DNA of 64,000 nucleotides from an uncultured Acidobacteriota bacterium (GTDB lineage Bacteria; Acidobacteriota; Thermoanaerobaculia; Gp7-AA8): NCBI GenBank assembly GCA_963822445.1, contig CAWGHO010000003.1, positions 64,001 to 128,000 of the forward strand, read 5' to 3'. Shown piece by piece: positions 58,008 to 64,000 of this stretch (position 1 is its first letter; each line of letters starts with the position of its first letter). The notes under the pieces were generated by a model. It saw only the letters and a program-made list of their open reading frames with translations, ran no database searches and was not told where the DNA came from. The position numbers and the translations under genes were made by a program.

Positions 58008-59855
58008 TCAGCGATACCCAGCAGCCTGCAACTCGAACAGCTCCGCGTACCGCCCGCCGGCCGCGAGAAGCTCCTCGTGGGTCCCCGCGGCCTCGATCTG
58101 CCCCTCGGCCAGCACCAGGATCCGGTCGGCCATGCGCACGCTCGAGAAGCGGTGGGAGATCAGCACCGCTGTCTTCCCCACGCTCAGCTCGCGGAAGCGC
58201 TGGAACACCTCGAACTCCGCGCGGGCATCGAGCGCGGCGGTCGGCTCGTCGAGGATCAGCAGTTGCGCGTCGCGCATGTAGGCGCGGGCGATGGCAATCT
58301 TCTGCCATTCGCCGCCGGACAGATCGACGCCGCTGCGAAAGCGCTTGCCGATCGTCTGGTCGTAGCGCTGCGGCAGGCGCTCGATCACCTCGTCGGCGAG
58401 ACTGCGTTCAGCAGCCTGCTCGATCCGTTTGCGATCGCCGACTGCCTCGATGCGGCCCACGGCGATGTTCTCCGCGGCGGTCATGTGATAGCGGACGAAG
58501 TCCTGGAAGATCACGCCGATGTTCGCGCGGAGCGACTCCAGGTCGTAGTCGCGGAGATCGTGGCCGTCCAGCAGGATTCGCCCCTCATCCGGGTCATACA
58601 AACGGGCCAGCAATTTCACCAGCGTCGTTTTTCCGGCGCCGTTCTCACCGACCAGCGCGAGCACCTCGTCCGCGTGCAGCGTGAATGAGAGATTGCGCAC
58701 CGCCCACCGTTCCGCGCCGGGATAGCGAAAGCCCACGCCCTCGAAACGAACCCCTTCGCGCATCGGCTTCGGGAACGGAATCGCGTTCGGCTTCGTGACG
58801 ATCTCCGGCTCGATGAGAAAGAACGAGAAGAGATCATCGAGATAGAGCGCCTGTCCGGCCAGTTGCGAGAAGCCCGAGAGCAAGCCTTCCAGCAACGTGC
58901 GCAACCGGCGGAACGAGCCCGCCAGGAACGTCAGGTCGCCGATCGTGAATTCGTTGCGGAGCGTGCCCCAGGCCAGGTAGCCGTACGCGACGTAGTAGCC
59001 AAGCGTGCCGACCGCGGTGAGCACGCTGCCCCAGAACGCGCGTCGCGTCGCCAGCGAACGGTTCGCCTGATAGAACGCGTCGGCCAGCCGGCGATATCGC
59101 TCGATCAGAAACGCGTTGAGGCCGAAGATCTTCACTTCCTTCGCCGTCTCCACGCTCGCGCCGGTCTGGCGCACGTAATCGAGCTCGCGCCGCTCCGGCG
59201 TGCGCGTGTAGTTCAGCGTGTAGCTCGCGGCGTTGAAGTGCGCTTCGCCGAGGAATGCGGGGATGAGGGCGATGGCGAGGAGAAGGATCAGCCAGGGCGC
59301 GTAGGCGACGAGGCCGATGGCGAAGGCGATGATGGTGATGACGTCCTGGGCCTGGCTCAGAAGCTGAGTCATCAGAGAGCTGCGGCCCATCGTCTGCCGC
59401 CGGGCGCGCTCGAGCTGATCCTGCAGCTCGCTGTCCTCGAAATCCTCGAGGTCGAGCGTCGCCGCATGCTCCATCAGGCGGATGCTCGTCTCGTTCGTGA
59501 AGCGCTCCGAGAGCAACGAGTCGACCAGCGAGACCACGCGGCCGATCACGTCTGAGAGCACGGCGATTCCGAACTCGAGCGCAACCAGCATGGCCAGGCG
59601 GTCGAGCCTTCCCGAGTCCCACCACGCCCGCAGATTCGCGGGATTTCCCGTGCTTGAGGCGAGCGCGATCACCTCGTCGATGATCAGTTTCCCGAGAAAG
59701 AGCATCGCCACCGGCAGGACCGCGCGCATCAGGCGCAGCGACGCGTTGGCGATGGTGAGCGAAGGGCTGGTCTCCCAGATCAGGCGGAGAAAGGGCGGGA
59801 GGTTGCGGAGCGCGCCGAGGCGCTCGCGGAAGGAGTGTTGCGGCTTCACCACCAT
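58008..59855 (-). CDS. ABC transporter fused permease/ATP-binding protein
   Basis: TM domain; GENGAGKTT, LSGGEWQ, LDEPT, ISHR. Confidence 0.95.
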   Translation of the reverse strand: MVVKPQHSFRERLGALRNLPPFLRLIWETSPSLTIANASLRLMRAVLPVAMLFLGKLIIDEVIALASSTGNPANLRAWWDSGRLDRLAMLVALEFGIAVLSDVIGRVVSLVDSLLSERFTNETSIRLMEHAATLDLEDFEDSELQDQLERARRQTMGRSSLMTQLLSQAQDVITIIAFAIGLVAYAPWLILLLAIALIPAFLGEAHFNAASYTLNYTRTPERRELDYVRQTGASVETAKEVKIFGLNAFLIERYRRLADAFYQANRSLATRRAFWGSVLTAVGTLGYYVAYGYLAWGTLRNEFTIGDLTFLAGSFRRLRTLLEGLLSGFSQLAGQALYLDDLFSFFLIEPEIVTKPNAIPFPKPMREGVRFEGVGFRYPGAERWAVRNLSFTLHADEVLALVGENGAGKTTLVKLLARLYDPDEGRILLDGHDLRDYDLESLRANIGVIFQDFVRYHMTAAENIAVGRIEAVGDRKRIEQAAERSLADEVIERLPQRYDQTIGKRFRSGVDLSGGEWQKIAIARAYMRDAQLLILDEPTAALDARAEFEVFQRFRELSVGKTAVLISHRFSSVRMADRILVLAEGQIEAAGTHEELLAAGGRYAELFELQAAGYR

Positions 59856-60946
59856 TTTGCCCGTGCTGGCTGCGTGCCGTGCGGCTCCACGAATTCACCG
59901 AGTTTGGGGACGATGAGCTGCACGCCGGCTTTCGCCGCGGCGGCGACCGCGCGATCGGGCGGGTCGGGCCATGCGTGAAATCCGAGGTTGAATGTCGCCC
60001 AGTGCACGGGCAGCATCACCCGGCCGCCGACGTCGCGATGCGTCTGAATCGCCTCCTCGGGGCTCATGTGGATCTCGATCCAGGTCGGATCCGAGGCGCC
60101 GATCTTGATCAGCGTCAGATCGAATGGACCATGCGCCGCGCCGATCGCTTTGAATTGATCCGTGTAGCCGCTGTCGCCGCTGAAGAAGAAGCGGTTGCGC
60201 GGCCCCTTCACGACCCACGTCGCCCAGAGCGTCCGATTATTGAGTCGCGGATTGCGCCCGCTGTAGTGCCTCGCCGGCGTCGCGGTGAAGGTGAGGCCGC
60301 GGAGCGCGAAGCTCTCGTTCCAATCGAGCTCGTGGATCTGTGCGATCGGCGTTCCCCATCGCTCCAGATGCGCGCCGATGCCTAGCGGTACGACGAAGTG
60401 CGTGCCGCGAGCGGTGAGCGCGCGGACGACCGGCATGTCGAGGTGATCGTAGTGGTCGTGGGAAATGATCACCGCGTCGATCGGGGGCAGTTCATCGACC
60501 GCGATCGGCGGCGCGTGAAACCGTTTCGGACCGATCAGCGTCGATGGCGAACAGCGATTGCTCCAGACCGGGTCGGTGAGTACCTTCGCGCCGTCGATTT
60601 CCACCAGGACGGACGACCAGCCCATCCACGTCGCGCGCAATCCTGACGCAGGTGGCGTGGCGTAATCGCTCGTCGTTTTGCGCAGCACCGGAACCGGTGC
60701 GACAGGCTCGCGTTGCTCATCGCCGAAGAACTGCCGGCGAAACATTTCGCGATTGGAGGTGCGGTTCGCCCCGCGCGGCTCGCGATTGCGGAACGCGCCA
60801 TCGGCCCATTGCGGTGAACGTTGCGCGCGAGCGAGCCTCGCGCCTTCCAGCCTGCCGCCCAGCGAGACCAGCCATTCGGTCGAGTAGAGAAGAACGACGA
60901 CGATCACGACGAGCAGGAGGGCGATGACGAGCAGCGCGCGCTTCAT
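59846..60946 (-). CDS. MBL-fold metallo-hydrolase (NAPE-PLD/RomA-like)
   Basis: SHDHYDHLD, PARHYSGR, FSGDSGY, PVHWATF. Confidence 0.92.
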   Translation of the reverse strand: MKRALLVIALLLVVIVVVLLYSTEWLVSLGGRLEGARLARAQRSPQWADGAFRNREPRGANRTSNREMFRRQFFGDEQREPVAPVPVLRKTTSDYATPPASGLRATWMGWSSVLVEIDGAKVLTDPVWSNRCSPSTLIGPKRFHAPPIAVDELPPIDAVIISHDHYDHLDMPVVRALTARGTHFVVPLGIGAHLERWGTPIAQIHELDWNESFALRGLTFTATPARHYSGRNPRLNNRTLWATWVVKGPRNRFFFSGDSGYTDQFKAIGAAHGPFDLTLIKIGASDPTWIEIHMSPEEAIQTHRDVGGRVMLPVHWATFNLGFHAWPDPPDRAVAAAAKAGVQLIVPKLGEFVEPHGTQPARAKWW

Positions 60947-61111
60947 CGCCTCATCCTCTCCGACTTCTCGCGAAATGCCTCACGAAAAGTCGCGAAAACG
61001 GATCGGCTCTCGATCGCGTCATCGACCGTAACCATCGCCAAATCAGCAGTTTGTCTCATCTGGCCCCCATGGCAGGCCGCTTGTTCTAGAGCAGCCCGAC
61101 AAGGAGGCAAC

Positions 61112-61495
61112 ATGAGGCGTAAGAAGATCCTGCTGGTCGACGATTCGGCCACCACGCTGATGATGGAGCAGATGGTGCTCCGCGGTCAGGCGTACCAGAT
61201 TGTGACCGCGAAAAACGGGCGGGAGGCGGTTGCCACGGCGGCCAGCGAGCGTCCCGACCTGATCCTGCTCGATGTGGTCATGCCGGAGATGAACGGCTTC
61301 GAGGCCTGCCGTCTCATCCGCCAGGAGCCTGACACGAAGAGCGTGCCGATCATCATGGTCACGACGAAGGGCGAAGAGCACAACGTCGAGACCGGATTCC
61401 AGAGCGGCTGCAGCGACTACATCACCAAGCCGATCAACGGCGCCGAGTTGCTGACGAAGATCCGCAGCTACCTCGATGACGGGGGTGCGGCATGA
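61112..61495 (+). CDS. Single-domain response regulator (CheY/PilH-like)
   Basis: ILLVDD, LLDVVMP, MVT, TKP; AGGAGG RBS. Confidence 0.95.
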   Translation: MRRKKILLVDDSATTLMMEQMVLRGQAYQIVTAKNGREAVATAASERPDLILLDVVMPEMNGFEACRLIRQEPDTKSVPIIMVTTKGEEHNVETGFQSGCSDYITKPINGAELLTKIRSYLDDGGAA

Positions 61496-62280
61496 GCGGT
61501 CGCGACGACAACGCCGGCGGCAACTACGTCCAGAAGGTGCGCGAAGACACGAACCGCATCCTTTCGGACCTCAAGAGCAACAACGAGCGGTTGCGCTCCA
61601 TCGTGGCCGCGCTCGAAAGCGATCGCTCGCGCCTGCAGGCCGAGAAGATGCGCCTCCAGGAGCAGCTCATGAACGCCCGCGAGAGCCTCGCCCAACGCGT
61701 CGACGACCACAACGCGCTCATGCGCCGCCTCTCCGAAGTGCAGGACGAGAACGAGTCGGTGGCCGGCCGTTTCCTGGAGATCGAGACCCAGAACACCAAC
61801 CTCGCCAATCTCTACGTCGCCGGCTACCAGTTGCACGGCAGCCTCGATCGCGACCTCGTGCTCGCCGCGATCAAGGAGATCGTGATCAACCTCATCGGCT
61901 CGGAAGACTTCGCGATCTTCGAGCGCGAAGGCGAAGACCGGCTGCGGATGATCGACTGGTTCGACGAGCCGCCGCAGATGGCGCGAGAGGTCCGTTTCGG
62001 CGAGGGAATCATCGGACAGGTCGCCGCGACCGGCGAGGCGTTCGTGTCGAACGGCGAGCATGGCCGCGGAGTCGGAATGACTGCATGCGTTCCGCTGAAG
62101 GTCGACGGCCGAGTCACCGGCGCGATCGCGATCTTCCGCCTGCTCCCGCAGAAGCACGACGGACTGGAAGCCCTCGACGAAGAGCTCCTCGGTCTGCTCG
62201 CGAGCCAGGCCGGCATCGCGCTGTATTGCACGACCCTGCATCGCGTCGTGGCCGAGCAACGGCGTCCGGCGGGAGTGTGA
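61492..62280 (+). CDS. Coiled-coil + GAF domain protein
   Basis: N-terminal heptads; GEGIIGQVAATG, ACVPL, LASQAGIAL. Confidence 0.85.
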   Translation: MSGRDDNAGGNYVQKVREDTNRILSDLKSNNERLRSIVAALESDRSRLQAEKMRLQEQLMNARESLAQRVDDHNALMRRLSEVQDENESVAGRFLEIETQNTNLANLYVAGYQLHGSLDRDLVLAAIKEIVINLIGSEDFAIFEREGEDRLRMIDWFDEPPQMAREVRFGEGIIGQVAATGEAFVSNGEHGRGVGMTACVPLKVDGRVTGAIAIFRLLPQKHDGLEALDEELLGLLASQAGIALYCTTLHRVVAEQRRPAGV

Positions 62281-62282
62281 CG

Positions 62283-62771
62283 ATGAGCCGACCCGTCATT
62301 CGCACGCCGGGCGCGGACGAGCCGCGCACGCAACGCCGGGTGTACCTCTATCCCGGCAATCTGTGGGCCGAGGCGGCGCCTGCTGTGATCACGACCGTCC
62401 TTGGATCGTGCGTTTCGGTCTGCTTCTGGGATCCGCGCACGGCTCTCGGCGGCATCAATCACTTCATTCTCCCGCGCGGCGGAACGACAGTGTCGGCGCG
62501 CTACGGCAATCACGCGCTGACGATGCTGCTCAACCGCGTCCTCGGCCTCGGCGCGCAACGCGACACGCTGCTCGCGTACGTTTTCGGCGGAGCGTCCGTC
62601 CTCGCCGGCGCGGGACAGGGACCGGGGCTCGGAAGCCGCAATCTCGCGCATGCATTCGAGTTCCTTCAGGCCCATGACATCGCCGTGCTGCGCCAGGACA
62701 TCGGCGGCCGTGAAGGCCGCAAGCTCACCTTTCGCACGGTCGACGGCGAGACGCTCGTCAGGAAGCTGTAG
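62283..62771 (+). CDS. cheD: Chemoreceptor glutamine deamidase CheD
   Basis: TVLGSCVSVC, GGINHFILP, VFGGA, DIGG..GRK. Confidence 0.93.
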   Translation: MSRPVIRTPGADEPRTQRRVYLYPGNLWAEAAPAVITTVLGSCVSVCFWDPRTALGGINHFILPRGGTTVSARYGNHALTMLLNRVLGLGAQRDTLLAYVFGGASVLAGAGQGPGLGSRNLAHAFEFLQAHDIAVLRQDIGGREGRKLTFRTVDGETLVRKL

Positions 62772-62779
62772 GAGACGCC

Positions 62780-64000
62780 GTGCTCGATCACCAATCGATG
62801 GCCGCGTTGCTGGAAGCCTTTCTCGCCGAGTCCGATGAGGGCCTAGCGACGGCGGAAGAGGCGCTGCTCGTGCTCGAGCGGCGGCCCGAGGATGCCGAGG
62901 CGCTGGCGCTCGTGTTCCGGGCCGTGCACACGCTCAAGGGCAACTCGGGGATCTTCGAGTTCGAGCCGATGACCCAGGTCGCGCACGCGATGGAGGACCT
63001 CCTCGATCGCTTGCGCGACGGGCGGACCGTCGTTTCGAACGGAATCATCACTCTGCTCCTCGAATCGGTCGACGTGCTGCGAGGACTGCTGTCCGAGTCC
63101 GACCGCGGACGCGCTCTGAACGGACGCGAGCAGAAGCTCATCGAACACCTTCGCGAAGCGGTCGGATTGCAATCGGTTGGTCACGACCCCGCGCAGCCGT
63201 TCGCACATCACGCCTCGCGAACGCTGCGGATCGATCTGGCGAAACTCGATCGCCTGCTCGACCTGAGCGGCGAGATCGGCATCGCCCGCGGCCGCCTCGG
63301 GGAACTCCTCGACGATCCGCGCGTGCAGGTTCGCGCGGCACTCGAAGCACTGCGCGACGCCGAGCATCTCCATCTCGAGCTCCAGGAGCTGGTGATGAAA
63401 CTGCGGATGGTGCCGGTTGGTCCGACCTTCCGCCAGTTTCAGCGCATCGTCCGGGACACCGCGCGGACGCTCGGAAAAGAAGCCGAGCTGCGGATCGAAG
63501 GGACGGACGTCGAAGTGGACGTCACCGTCGTCGAGCACCTGCGCGATCCGCTCATGCACATGGTCCGCAACAGCGTCGGCCACGGCATCGAGTTGCCGGC
63601 GGCGCGGCTCGAGGCCGGGAAAGCGCCGGTGGGCACGCTCGTCCTTCGCAGCTATCGCGAGGCCGGTTCGATCGTCATCGAGCTCGCCGACGACGGCAGC
63701 GGCATCGACCGCGAGCGCGTTCTCGTCCGCGCCCGCGAGCGGGGGATCGAGACCGCGAACCTGTCCGACGGCGAGATCGAAGAGCTCATCTTTCATCCCG
63801 GCTTCTCCACCGCCGAGTCAGTGACCGAGCTCTCCGGTCGCGGTGTCGGCCTGGACGTCGTGCGCCGCAACATCGACGCGATTCACGGCTCGGTGCGCGT
63901 TGAGAGCAGGGCAGGGGAAGGGACGACGTTTCGCGTCCGCCTCCCGCTCACTCTGGCCATCGTCGACGGCCTCGGTGTCGAAGTCGACGGGGAATCGTTC
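62780..64000 (+). CDS. cheA: Chemotaxis histidine kinase CheA, runs off the window
   Basis: Manual translation from GTG 62780: FRAVHTLKG (Hpt), LRMVP, HMVRNSVGHGIE, DDGSG, GFSTA..SGRGVGLDVV, LPLTLAI. Confidence 0.95.
   Translation, partial: MLDHQSMAALLEAFLAESDEGLATAEEALLVLERRPEDAEALALVFRAVHTLKGNSGIFEFEPMTQVAHAMEDLLDRLRDGRTVVSNGIITLLLESVDVLRGLLSESDRGRALNGREQKLIEHLREAVGLQSVGHDPAQPFAHHASRTLRIDLAKLDRLLDLSGEIGIARGRLGELLDDPRVQVRAALEALRDAEHLHLELQELVMKLRMVPVGPTFRQFQRIVRDTARTLGKEAELRIEGTDVEVDVTVVEHLRDPLMHMVRNSVGHGIELPAARLEAGKAPVGTLVLRSYREAGSIVIELADDGSGIDRERVLVRARERGIETANLSDGEIEELIFHPGFSTAESVTELSGRGVGLDVVRRNIDAIHGSVRVESRAGEGTTFRVRLPLTLAIVDGLGVEVDGESF

Larger units (their letters stand above)
56309..58008. 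repeat. Long palindromic element between two convergent stops, interrupted by IS110
   Basis: 25-bp perfect IR 56309-56333 / 57984-58008; the rest of the left arm (57873-57903) pairs imperfectly with 57951-57985. Confidence 0.88.

Noticed and set aside
56309-58008. The 25-bp inverted repeats as terminal inverted repeats of the IS
   Set aside because: They continue into a larger host palindrome once the IS is removed, and the core and junction promoter place the ends at 56334/57874.
61070-61085. Sigma54 promoter before the chemosensory operon (TGGCAGGCCGCTTGTT)
   Set aside because: The -12 element reads GT rather than GC; too weak to call.

Overview
GC-rich bacterial chromosomal window. Gene content and protein style suggest Acidobacteriota, possibly Thermoanaerobaculia; this is inference, as there is no rRNA in the window. 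Scattered 1-bp indels in several genes point to an imperfectly polished long-read assembly. Content: housekeeping and metabolic genes (SSS symporter, PIG-L deacetylase, HI0933 flavoprotein, hrpB, mgtE, tsaC, recN, L,D-transpeptidase, M16 peptidase, tonB-exbB-exbD-exbD), a ~20 kb T2SS/type IV pilus region with giant minor pilins, tRNA-Sec followed by vapBC, and the start of a chemosensory operon. Highlights: (1) a three-gene operon at 7.5-10.7 kb resembling a tripartite ClyA/Nhe/Hbl/Ahl-type alpha-pore-forming toxin without signal peptides; (2) a complete IS110 element at 56334-57874 inserted into one arm of a long palindromic element, with a readable CC/GG core, a junction promoter (TTGACA-17-TATAGC) and bridge-RNA guides matching target and donor; (3) many small palindromic elements, one of them inserted in frame inside a flavoprotein gene, and 7-8-mer tandem-repeat hairpins, one of which seems to encode a prepilin leader. 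All calls come from reading the sequence; no searches were run.
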